From an uncultured archaeon (lineage in GTDB: Archaea > Asgardarchaeota > Lokiarchaeia > Sigyniarchaeales > SOKP01), in NCBI GenBank assembly GCA_964583985.1, contig CAZOYD010000023.1:1-48326 (forward strand): a DNA stretch of 48,326 bases. The letters are read 5' to 3'. The translations under genes and the position numbers were made by a program. The notes beneath the pieces were generated by a model that was not told the origin of the DNA, ran no database searches, and saw only the letters and a list, made by a program, of their open reading frames with translations. Shown here piece by piece: positions 1-8,994 of the stretch. The first letter of the stretch is position 1, and each line of letters starts with the position of its first letter.

Positions 1-209
1 TACAAGTCTTTCAAGATGAGATGAATAACGAATATTACGCGCTCTTGTCTGATTTCCATCTCGATTTGATATTTCCCAAGTATTTGCTGAATGTCATCAA
101 GGCGGAATACGAGAGAAAATCCAAGGCAGACCAAGTATTGGTCGAATACCTTACCGTGCTTGAAGACACCTACATGACTCTTAAATCCGCACCAAAATTA
201 AAAGAATAA
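1..209 (+). CDS. 3' end of a hypothetical protein running in from the window edge
   Basis: Frame is open from base 3 (QVFQDEMNNEYY...) to TAA at 207-209 and is followed by a T-rich tract. Confidence 0.6.
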   Translation, partial: QVFQDEMNNEYYALLSDFHLDLIFPKYLLNVIKAEYERKSKADQVLVEYLTVLEDTYMTLKSAPKLKE

Positions 210-245
210 TTTTTATTTTATTTTTTGTTTTCCTTTTTTTTCCAA
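210..245. terminator. T-rich archaeal terminator region between convergent genes
   Basis: Runs of T (tttttattttattttttgttttcctttttttt) directly after the stop at 209. Confidence 0.45.
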
Positions 246-259
246 TTAATCATAAAAAT

Positions 260-1240
260 TTAAGATGGGATTTTTGCAATCCCGATTAAAAACCCTTGAT
301 GTTCAAAAACATCAATTTTATTTAAACCTACTTCGCTCATATCTTTATATAATTCCTCTACCGTAAATGTTCGATTAATATACGCTGCTTTATAAAGCTT
401 AATTAACTCGTTTATAAAAAGATTTTCGGATATTTTAATATCTGCTATTGATACTAGAATTATGTATCCATTAGGTTTAGTAACTCTGATAATTTCCTTT
501 AATATTTTATTTCGTGTCATATTGTAAAACTTAGGATTCTTTTTATATACCGGAATAAAGCTTGCATCAAAAAAATCCTCGCGTTCACGAAAAAGTCCTC
601 CAATAATTTCAGTATATCGATATTTAACTCTATTTTTATAATTTTTAGATTTATCTATTTCATTTTTTGAAAGAATATACATTTCTTTTGTAAAGTCAGA
701 GAGCTGATTTGCGATAGATAAAGGAACATATTCTGATAACCAGATAGATAGAATTCTATCAAAATGGCTGTTTTCAATTTTAGATAACATTTTCTTGAAA
801 AAATCATCTCGATATTCATTTGAGTCCATTATATTATTGTTTATCAAGAATTTTAACAACAATTGAGGAACATAATTCGTAAATTGAGTCGGATTTATCG
901 AAACTTTTCCAGTTTTGCCATTAGACGTTAATAATCCCCTCTTTTCTAACTTATCTAAGCTATAGTAAAAACTGCCAGTGGATAGTTTTTTAGATAAATT
1001 AATGAAATTATAGAATTTCTCTGAGGCTGGTGATGGCAAGCTTTTATCTTTAATTTCGACAACTTTTTCTTTAAATTCAATAAACTGCTTTACTTCATTA
1101 AATAAAGTGTGTCTTACAACAGGATTAGAATAACGCGTAAGAAATTGAAGTGTAATAATATCTGCTATGGATAAATCAGTAAAATCTGAAATTGTATGAT
1201 ATGAAGCATAGTCAATAAAAGGGTCATGTTTTTCTGTCAT
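260..1240 (-). CDS. Winged-helix (PadR-like) protein fused to a degenerate class I methyltransferase-like domain; putative regulator
   Basis: LSTGSFYYSLDKLEKRGLL resembles a wHTH recognition helix; C-terminal FFDASFI...ILKEIIRVTKPNGYIIL matches MTase motifs, but no GxGxG motif I. Confidence 0.55.
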   Translation of the reverse strand: MTEKHDPFIDYASYHTISDFTDLSIADIITLQFLTRYSNPVVRHTLFNEVKQFIEFKEKVVEIKDKSLPSPASEKFYNFINLSKKLSTGSFYYSLDKLEKRGLLTSNGKTGKVSINPTQFTNYVPQLLLKFLINNNIMDSNEYRDDFFKKMLSKIENSHFDRILSIWLSEYVPLSIANQLSDFTKEMYILSKNEIDKSKNYKNRVKYRYTEIIGGLFREREDFFDASFIPVYKKNPKFYNMTRNKILKEIIRVTKPNGYIILVSIADIKISENLFINELIKLYKAAYINRTFTVEELYKDMSEVGLNKIDVFEHQGFLIGIAKIPS

Positions 1241-1376
1241 AACATGATTCAGCTAATATATGTATATATAAAGTGTATAATTAAAAGGATTTAAGTTTTT
1301 CTAAAATTAGAAGAATTTTTCTCTTAATCGCGAAATTTATATATCGTAAATCATTCTTGAAATTAAAAAAAAATTT

Positions 1377-2711
1377 GTGAAAATTATGGAAAAAAGTTGC
1401 GAAAAATATTTAGATACACCTGAAGCAATTGGTTTAGATGGTATTGACTTAGAAAAATATATTATTGCTAGTTATATCATCAAAAGACCAAGAGGAATGA
1501 ATGTTAATTACCTATCACGATTTGCAGCTATTGAACAATCTACAGGCACTTGGGTAAGAGTTCCCGCAGAAACTGAAGAAGTAAGAAAGACTCATGTTGC
1601 TAGGGTACTTGGTGTATATGAAATTCCAACATACGAATATATATTACCCTCAAAGGACGATCTGAAAGAGAGATTATATTTTGTTCAAATTGGTTTTCCA
1701 ATAATAAATATAAAAGGAGACGGAATACCCATGCTCCTAACATCTGTAATTGGAAATATCAGTATTACACACGGATTAAAGCTCGTAGATTTAGCATTTC
1801 CAAAAGCTTATTTAGAAGATTTTAAAGGACCTAAGTTTGGCATAGATGGAATTAGAAAACTTCTGAAAGTCCCCGAAAGACCAATGTTGAACAACATGGT
1901 TAAACCTTGTACAGGCCATACATGTGAAGTTGCTGCTGATTTAGTTTATCAAGCAGCTGTAGGAGGATGTGACGTTGTAAAAGATGATGAGTTAATTTCC
2001 AATCCTTCATTTAACAGACTGGAAGATAGAATTACCGCTGTAATGGAAAGCATTGATAAAGCTGATTCTGAGAAGGGAGAAAAAACACTTTATACAATAA
2101 ATATCACGAGCCAATTACCAGAAATGTTTGAGTATGCTGATAAGATGATTGAGTTGGGGGCAAATGCCTTGATGATTAATTATCTAACCGCTGGTTTTGA
2201 AGCATTAAGAGCAGTTACCAAAGATCCGTCTATAAAAGTCCCTGTATTAGGACACATGGATTTTGCTGGAGCTTATATAGGCAGTCCGTGGACTGGATTG
2301 ACAAGCATGCTGGTGCTTGCTAAATTCCCAAGGATTTGTGGGGCAGATTCAGTTGTAATCCCTGCTCCATATGGTAAAGCAGAGATTTTGGATGAACGAT
2401 ATGAACAAAACTTAAAGGCATTAAGATACCCATTTCAACACATAAAGCCAACACTGCCAATGCCTTCAGGAGGAATTACTCCAGGTATGGTAGAGAAATG
2501 TATAAAAGAAGCAGGTACTGATATTCTTATTGGAAGTGGAGGTGGAATCCATAGTCACCCAGATGGTCCAATCTCTGGTGCTAAAGCTTTCAGGCAGGCA
2601 ATTGATGCAGTTATGCAAGGATTAGATATTCGCAAAGTAGCAAAAGATCACGAAGAATTAGGAAAAGCACTTGGTGTATGGGGTAGTGGAAAGACCCAAT
2701 TAATAGAATAA
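1377..2711 (+). CDS. RuBisCO-like protein (form IV RLP); ATG at 1386 is the likely start
   Basis: EQSTGTW, GPKFGIDG, VKPCTG, carbamylation motif DVVKDDE, PSGG and GGGIHSHPDG; loop-6 region reads VIPAPYGK rather than the HxGTxxGK of carboxylating forms. Confidence 0.88.
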   Translation: MKIMEKSCEKYLDTPEAIGLDGIDLEKYIIASYIIKRPRGMNVNYLSRFAAIEQSTGTWVRVPAETEEVRKTHVARVLGVYEIPTYEYILPSKDDLKERLYFVQIGFPIINIKGDGIPMLLTSVIGNISITHGLKLVDLAFPKAYLEDFKGPKFGIDGIRKLLKVPERPMLNNMVKPCTGHTCEVAADLVYQAAVGGCDVVKDDELISNPSFNRLEDRITAVMESIDKADSEKGEKTLYTINITSQLPEMFEYADKMIELGANALMINYLTAGFEALRAVTKDPSIKVPVLGHMDFAGAYIGSPWTGLTSMLVLAKFPRICGADSVVIPAPYGKAEILDERYEQNLKALRYPFQHIKPTLPMPSGGITPGMVEKCIKEAGTDILIGSGGGIHSHPDGPISGAKAFRQAIDAVMQGLDIRKVAKDHEELGKALGVWGSGKTQLIE

Positions 2712-2738
2712 TTATTATTTTTTCTTTTTTATTCAGTT

Positions 2739-3713
2739 TTAAAGCAATCCTTGTTCGAATTTTTCCTCTAGTTCTTGTAAAGATGTTTTTAATATCACTC
2801 TGGTTCCAGGTCTGAATTTTGAAATGTTGACTTTCTCTGCAATCAAATTATCGTGCAGATCAATTAATTGAAGTGATAGCATGTTTTTCAAGTATTCTAT
2901 CTCAATTTCATTACTCAGTTTATTATTGGATAAGTCTAATGTCCTTAATCGTTTTAATTGCATTAAATCCTTAATAGTGCTTATATTGTTATTAGCTAAG
3001 TTAAGTTTCTTCAAATAAGTTAGATTTAACAATCCCTTTATTTCTTTTATTGATTCTATGTTATATTTCCATCCAAAAGGTAATCCTCTAGTTTCAAGTT
3101 CTAAATCTGAAAGATTTAATTGAGTTACCACACCTAATTCTTCGTTAATTTCATAAGAGAGGTATTGATAGGAAAGAGAGAGTCCAAGAATTGTAATGTA
3201 ATTTAATAAAATGTCTGCCAGTTGGTTTTGTGTGAAGTATGATACCTCGTGCTTCAAGAGTTTTTTTATTACCACATCATATTTTTGCATAAAATCCCAT
3301 TCTTCATTAGATTCATTTAAAAGTTGATTTAGGTAATTGATGAAAGAAGGTTTTATACAATCATCTTGAATTTCTTTTAAAGTCTTTATTAATGATACTT
3401 GACAAGCATAAAAATTTTCATGTTGGATTGCCCAATTAATTAAATGAAGAGCTCTATGTAAGAATTTTTCCCGAATCATATCTATTGCAAATAATCTTAT
3501 CGTTTGGCTTGAATCTGATATAACTAACTGTTCCAATATCTTAAAATATGAATCATTCAGTCCCAACTTTTCAAAATACTTTAAAGCAGAAACTCGTAAC
3601 GTATCATCATCAGAATTTTCTATGAAATCAGTTAAAAATTCTCCTGTAGTTCGTTTATCTAAAAGATTTTGAAGATATTGCTCATATATCTTTGATGGGG
3701 TGAATATTGTCAT
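2739..3713 (-). CDS. HEAT-like N-terminal domain plus short LRR protein
   Basis: LEQLVISDSSQTIR HEAT-like motif shared with three paralogs; LKKLNLANNNI, LRTLDLSNNKL and LQLIDLHDNLI repeats. Confidence 0.8.
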   Translation of the reverse strand: MTIFTPSKIYEQYLQNLLDKRTTGEFLTDFIENSDDDTLRVSALKYFEKLGLNDSYFKILEQLVISDSSQTIRLFAIDMIREKFLHRALHLINWAIQHENFYACQVSLIKTLKEIQDDCIKPSFINYLNQLLNESNEEWDFMQKYDVVIKKLLKHEVSYFTQNQLADILLNYITILGLSLSYQYLSYEINEELGVVTQLNLSDLELETRGLPFGWKYNIESIKEIKGLLNLTYLKKLNLANNNISTIKDLMQLKRLRTLDLSNNKLSNEIEIEYLKNMLSLQLIDLHDNLIAEKVNISKFRPGTRVILKTSLQELEEKFEQGLL

Positions 3714-3714
3714 A

Positions 3715-4887
3715 TTATTGGAAAAATCGGTTGTGTTTTATTAACATCTCATCTAAAGTCTTTTTTAGTCTATTAAAAGGTTTTAAGGTACCAGAAAAAG
3801 GTGTATCAATAACATGCTCTATAAAAACATCCAAATAATCTTCTGTTATATTTAATTTCTCTAGATTCCCTTCAGATAACAGGTAGAGAAAAAAATCGTT
3901 TTTGTATTTTTTGAATGTTAAAAACCTATAATTTTGAAATCCTAACTTTACGGCAATCCAACGAGGGTATGCTCCAGTATTACCTAAAGTATTAGCTGCA
4001 ATCGCTTCTATTTTTGCTGTTAATAATGACTCGATCATTTCCTTTTCTTCTTCAAGACTTTCAGTTTCTCCAGGAAATTTAAGACCTAACTCGTTTCCTA
4101 AAAGTAACGATATAACTCCAATGGACATTGAGGATAATCCCAAATAGTCAATACGGAGTTTATCTTCCACAAAAGGGATTTCTTGATCTGAAAAAACATC
4201 ATGTAATTGTATATATTTATTAATAATAGCTCGAATCTGTGCTCCAAACTTTCGATCGATTTCGTGTTTCTCTAATTTATTTAGATTATTAACATCTTTA
4301 TCACGAACTAATTCTCCATAAAAATTAGCCATTTGTTCCAGAAAATACTTACCTTTTTTGTCTGGAAACTTACCGTAAATAATGTAGATTATTTCGTTCT
4401 TTACAAAGAATTGACATTTATCTTCCTCTCCATCTGCAGTAATGAGAAGCATCTGATCTAATTCTCCTCCCAATATACTCGTAGCTATATTATCAAGATT
4501 ATTAGTTAACTCCAATAAATAGACGAATTTCTCATTACTACAAAAAAGTTGTGTTCTCTCTGTGGAGGTGATTCCACATAGTTTAAGATATTCTTCATCT
4601 CCTTTAAGAGGAATTCTGTCATCCTCAAAGGAAAATTTGGTTTTTTCTCGTTTAACTCGCACTTTACCTTGAAATCGTTCTGATGCAACTACTGATTTCT
4701 TTTCAAAAGTTTTAGGTTGAGGTTTTATGTTTTGAACATTTCTTTCATCTACATATTCATATAAACCGGGCAAAAACTTACTACATTTGGGGCAGAGTTT
4801 ATCGGTAGGATAAGGTTTAATGACAACGTATCCACAATTCTGACATTTTATATTATCTTTTGGAACTCCAAATAATTGATTAGGAAT
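3715..4887 (-). CDS. Zn-ribbon plus tandem longin-like domain protein (extended to a putative ATT start)
   Basis: Frame stays open upstream of the TTG at 4773 through CQNC...CPKC to TGA at 4894-4896; ATT at 4887 follows GGGGTTGA; two beta-beta-alpha-beta-beta-beta-alpha-alpha segments. Confidence 0.6.
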   Translation of the reverse strand: MPNQLFGVPKDNIKCQNCGYVVIKPYPTDKLCPKCSKFLPGLYEYVDERNVQNIKPQPKTFEKKSVVASERFQGKVRVKREKTKFSFEDDRIPLKGDEEYLKLCGITSTERTQLFCSNEKFVYLLELTNNLDNIATSILGGELDQMLLITADGEEDKCQFFVKNEIIYIIYGKFPDKKGKYFLEQMANFYGELVRDKDVNNLNKLEKHEIDRKFGAQIRAIINKYIQLHDVFSDQEIPFVEDKLRIDYLGLSSMSIGVISLLLGNELGLKFPGETESLEEEKEMIESLLTAKIEAIAANTLGNTGAYPRWIAVKLGFQNYRFLTFKKYKNDFFLYLLSEGNLEKLNITEDYLDVFIEHVIDTPFSGTLKPFNRLKKTLDEMLIKHNRFFQ

Positions 4888-4993
4888 ATCAAGTCAACCC
4901 CACTAGATTAAAACAATATAGTTTGTATAGTTATAATCGAATAATAAATAATATCATGGATAATAAATATTTAGTTTTTATTATTAAAAGAAA

Positions 4994-6085
4994 TCATAGA
5001 TACTCGTTAGCAATATCATGAAATGCCGTTAAAAATTTGCTGTTGTTCTCTGATGTACTAATTGTTATTCTTAAATAGTTATAAAGATTAGGCATACTAA
5101 AATGTTTTACTAAAATCTTATGTTCCTTTAAATCCCATAAAAATTTAAGAGTTTTTGATTGGTCTTCATACCTAATAAATATAAAATTAGCATCAGATGG
5201 TAAAACAGATATTCCATTGTATTTTGATAGTTCTTCAGTTAACCTACTTCGTTCTGATTGTATTTTTTTATTTTGTTCATATACTTTATCTCGATGTTTA
5301 ATACAAGAAAGAGCTGCAATTTGTGCAAGATAATTAGTATTAAACGGGAGTTTGACACGGTTCATTTCTTTAATAATTCTCGCATCAGCTAAAGCATAAC
5401 CAATCCTCAAGGAAGCTAGAGAAAAACCTTTTGAAAAAGAGCGACAAACAATCAGATTATCGACTTTTTTTAGAAGTGAAAGACAAGATTTACTTCCAAA
5501 ATCTGCGTAAGCTTCATCAACTACAACAATACCAGAATAGGAATTACAAATTTTTTCAATAATCTCATTATCGAATGATCGACCATTGGGATCATTTGGT
5601 GAATTTATAAAAATTAATTTGCCGCTTTCTTTAAAAATTTCATCTGGTATTGAAAAATCTTCAGTTAGCTTAATTTCCTTGATCTTTGCGTTATATAGGT
5701 TAGCTAATACTTTATACAATCCATATGTAGGATAAAAAATTATGACTTCATCTCCAGGTTCAATGAACACTTTAAAAAGAATATCAAAAATTTCATCGGT
5801 TCCATTACCAATAAACACCGTATTGCGATTTGTTAATGTATTTTTATCTCGTAATAATTGATTAAGGATTGCTTTTCGTACTTCTAAAGCTAAAGGATCG
5901 GGATACTTGTTTAAATCTTCCGAATTATCTATAGCATCTTTTATGTCTTTTAATATTTCTGGGATAGGAGGATAAGGATTTTCATTTGAGTTTAATATTA
6001 CCCAATCTTCTTCATTTAATCGTTCAACGGGCTCATATACGGCATATTTTTTTAATGATTCTCTAAATAAATTCTCGATTTCCAT
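4994..6085 (-). CDS. hisC: Histidinol-phosphate aminotransferase
   Basis: LNSNENPYP, KYPDP, GNGTDE, SPNDPNG, VVDEAYADF and the PLP-lysine motif RSFSKGFSLASLRIGY. Confidence 0.88.
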   Translation of the reverse strand: MEIENLFRESLKKYAVYEPVERLNEEDWVILNSNENPYPPIPEILKDIKDAIDNSEDLNKYPDPLALEVRKAILNQLLRDKNTLTNRNTVFIGNGTDEIFDILFKVFIEPGDEVIIFYPTYGLYKVLANLYNAKIKEIKLTEDFSIPDEIFKESGKLIFINSPNDPNGRSFDNEIIEKICNSYSGIVVVDEAYADFGSKSCLSLLKKVDNLIVCRSFSKGFSLASLRIGYALADARIIKEMNRVKLPFNTNYLAQIAALSCIKHRDKVYEQNKKIQSERSRLTEELSKYNGISVLPSDANFIFIRYEDQSKTLKFLWDLKEHKILVKHFSMPNLYNYLRITISTSENNSKFLTAFHDIANEYL

Positions 6086-6220
6086 ACAATCAACCTAAAT
6101 ATTTTTATCGAAGACTGCCATCTCATATTCTTGAAAATGAGTATTATTTGTTTAATGAAATATTAGATTTTAATTTTTATCCTTTTCGGAAAACTCAATT
6201 TTTAAATGTGAGACCACTAT

Positions 6221-7162
6221 TTGTTTTATAAATATTACATTGAAATAACAGTTAGAGTTGAGATTGTCATTACATCTTACGCATTAATGTTTAACGTTCT
6301 TGAGGGTGGTGTTAGCGAACCAATCGAATGGAACAAAAACAATTTAACTGATGAGAGATCTATTATAATTTTGGATGAATCGAATCAGATTGTTTGGTTG
6401 TGGCATGGTTCTAAGCAAGGATTAGTAGCCAGAAGAACTGCTCTTAGACAAGCAGATTCACTCAAGGGTCATGGGTATACTGTTGGCAAAAGTATCATAG
6501 GTCGAGATCTTAAACAAATTATGGAAATAGATCAGAGAAAAATTGGGCGAGATCCAGCTACCGATGAGGTATATGGTAATTTAGAGAAATTATTAAATCG
6601 GGAAAGTAAACAATTGGAAAATTATGTTGTTACTTTTCAAATGAATGATGCTGAACCCTTAATATCTAAACCCATTCAACAAAAGCCTTCAATTTCTAAA
6701 CCCATTGAAGAAAAAGCAATAGCTAATGAAACCAAACCCCCAATAAAATCCATTGAGGAAGAAGCGCCAAAACCAATTGTAAAAGAACCGCATCATCCTG
6801 AGGTAAAAACTATATTTAAACCTTCCAGTGAATATGATGTATCTACTGATACACCAATTATTACAAAACCCACTCCAACTGAGGGTAAATTGCCTTCACA
6901 TGAAGAGACTTTAGCTCCAGCATTGCAAGCAAAAATTGGTTTTGTATTAGCAGGAATTTTAGACCATTATGATGATATTTGGGTCTCAAAAAAAAATGAT
7001 GGTAGTTATTCCGTGGAGATGATGGATGGTCCAATATGTCTTTTTAAAGTGTCAGAAGGAGAAAAGATCTCATTTTCACCCGATTCATTTAAAGGGATTT
7101 CGACTAATGTGAAATTGGAAATTCAAAAAAAATTCGTCTCTCTTTCCCAATTAATTGTTTAA
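6221..7162 (+). CDS. Single gelsolin-like domain, Pro/Glu/Lys-rich linker and small C-terminal domain (start uncertain: 6221, 6269 or 6287)
   Basis: LTDERSIIILDESNQIVWLWHGSKQGLVARRTALRQA fits the gelsolin/villin repeat pattern (L...ILD....WxG.......A...A). Confidence 0.7.
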   Translation: MFYKYYIEITVRVEIVITSYALMFNVLEGGVSEPIEWNKNNLTDERSIIILDESNQIVWLWHGSKQGLVARRTALRQADSLKGHGYTVGKSIIGRDLKQIMEIDQRKIGRDPATDEVYGNLEKLLNRESKQLENYVVTFQMNDAEPLISKPIQQKPSISKPIEEKAIANETKPPIKSIEEEAPKPIVKEPHHPEVKTIFKPSSEYDVSTDTPIITKPTPTEGKLPSHEETLAPALQAKIGFVLAGILDHYDDIWVSKKNDGSYSVEMMDGPICLFKVSEGEKISFSPDSFKGISTNVKLEIQKKFVSLSQLIV

Positions 7163-7227
7163 TTTTATAATTCTTTTTTTCTTACTTTTTGTTAATAATA
7201 TGAAAATTTACATCGATTATTATTAAG

Positions 7228-8994
7228 ATGAGGCAATTGAAATTCAAGGATTTAGCTGAACTATTTTCACGGTTAGAAAGTACTAGTAAAAGGCTTGAAA
7301 TGATTGAAATTTTATCAGAATTCTTCCAAAAATTAAAAAAGTCTGGAAAATTCGAGGATTTAGATAAAATTGTCTATTTATTACAAGGAAAATTGGTTTC
7401 AAATATTAAACAAGCTCCAAAAATAGGGATCGCTGAAAAAATGATAATAGAAGCATTATCCTTACATTCAGGAGTGCAGAATAGTAAGATAAAAGAAATT
7501 TTAATAAAAAAAGGAGATATCGGATTAACGGCTGAATACGTCTTATCAAAGAGAAAAAGACAAACCTCCTTGTTTGATTTCTCTGAAGACTCGCAAAAAA
7601 TTGAGAAGTCCCTTGAAATTCATGAAATATATTCTGCACTTCAAAAAATGTCGATAACAGAAGGAGCTGGTTCTCAAGATAAAAAATTAGGAATTCTTAG
7701 AAGCCTCATGAGAGAATGCTCTGCTTTAGAAATAAAATATCTATTGCGCATTATTACGTCTACTTTGAGAGTTGGTGTATCTACACTTACAATCCTTGAC
7801 GGATTAGCAATGGGTCTTACAGGTGATAAGGATAATCGAGAATTTATTGAAAGAGCATATAATCTTAAACCAGATCTTGGAGAAATTACAAAATTGCTCG
7901 TTGAGGAAGGCATGGATGCTATTAAAAAGGTTAACATAAGTATTGGAGTACCTGTAAGGAGTATGCTCGCATCTCGAGTTCCCTATGGAGAAATCATAGA
8001 AAAATTGGGATCACCATTTAAAGCAGAATATAAATTAGATGGTGAAAGGCTTCAAATTCATAAAGTTGGCAATAAAGTAAAATTATTTTCCAGAAGATTG
8101 CTGGAAATTTCAGATCAATATCCCGATGTATGCGAATTTGTAATACAAAATGTCAAAGCAGATAAGGTAATCGTAGAGGGAGAAGTTGTTGCAATGGATG
8201 TGTTTTATGAAAAAATGCTTCCATTTCAAGTCCTCAGTAGACGTCGACGTAAATATGATGTCGAAGATATATCAAAAGAGATTCCCGTTAGCTTATTTTT
8301 ATTTGATATCCTGCTATTAGAGAATGAATCATATATTGACAAAGCATTTCCCTTACGAAGAAGTAAGTTAGAGGAAATCATTGTTGAAAGGGATCAAATT
8401 AGGTTAGTAGAATCAAAATTGATTCAATCAACTGAGGAATTATTGGAATTCTTTCAAGTTGCGAGGGAAAAGGGAAATGAGGGCGTCATTGCAAAATCAA
8501 TTAAGGAAGATTCGGTATATCAAGCAGGAAATAGAGGTTTTCTCTGGATTAAAATGAAAGGCTTAGAAGGCGGGAAATTGAAGGATTCTGTTGATGTAGT
8601 ACTGGTGGGCGCATTTTATGGACGGGGGCGAAGAAAAGGAGTCTATGGTACTTATATTGGAGCCGTGTACGATCCTTTAAATAATAGGTATGAAGCATTT
8701 ACTCGCATAGCCTCTGGATGGACAGATGAAATAATGGACAATTTGAAAAAAGAGATGGCACAATATGAAGTCGATAAAAAACCAAAAGAAGTCAGTTGCG
8801 AAGATATTCCCGATCAATGGTTTCTTCCTAATGTTGTGATTGAGATCATTGGGGATGAAATTACCATAAGCGATAAGTTTCCTTCTTTGGGATATTCTTT
8901 AAGATTCCCTGTATTTCAACGGATTCGAACTGAAAAAGGTCCAGAAGATGCTACAACAGTTGATGAAATAAAGCAATTATACTTGGCTCAATAA
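7228..8994 (+). CDS. lig: ATP-dependent DNA ligase
   Basis: Motif I EYKLDGERLQ, EGEVVA, FDIL, EGVIAK, WIKMK and SLRFPVF; PIP-like QTSLFDF. Confidence 0.97.
   Translation: MRQLKFKDLAELFSRLESTSKRLEMIEILSEFFQKLKKSGKFEDLDKIVYLLQGKLVSNIKQAPKIGIAEKMIIEALSLHSGVQNSKIKEILIKKGDIGLTAEYVLSKRKRQTSLFDFSEDSQKIEKSLEIHEIYSALQKMSITEGAGSQDKKLGILRSLMRECSALEIKYLLRIITSTLRVGVSTLTILDGLAMGLTGDKDNREFIERAYNLKPDLGEITKLLVEEGMDAIKKVNISIGVPVRSMLASRVPYGEIIEKLGSPFKAEYKLDGERLQIHKVGNKVKLFSRRLLEISDQYPDVCEFVIQNVKADKVIVEGEVVAMDVFYEKMLPFQVLSRRRRKYDVEDISKEIPVSLFLFDILLLENESYIDKAFPLRRSKLEEIIVERDQIRLVESKLIQSTEELLEFFQVAREKGNEGVIAKSIKEDSVYQAGNRGFLWIKMKGLEGGKLKDSVDVVLVGAFYGRGRRKGVYGTYIGAVYDPLNNRYEAFTRIASGWTDEIMDNLKKEMAQYEVDKKPKEVSCEDIPDQWFLPNVVIEIIGDEITISDKFPSLGYSLRFPVFQRIRTEKGPEDATTVDEIKQLYLAQ

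Noticed and set aside
4928-4942. 15-mer TAGTTATAATCGAAT repeated at 36227-36241
   Set aside because: An AT-rich word containing a TATA-like core; such a match is plausible by chance in 48 kb at this composition
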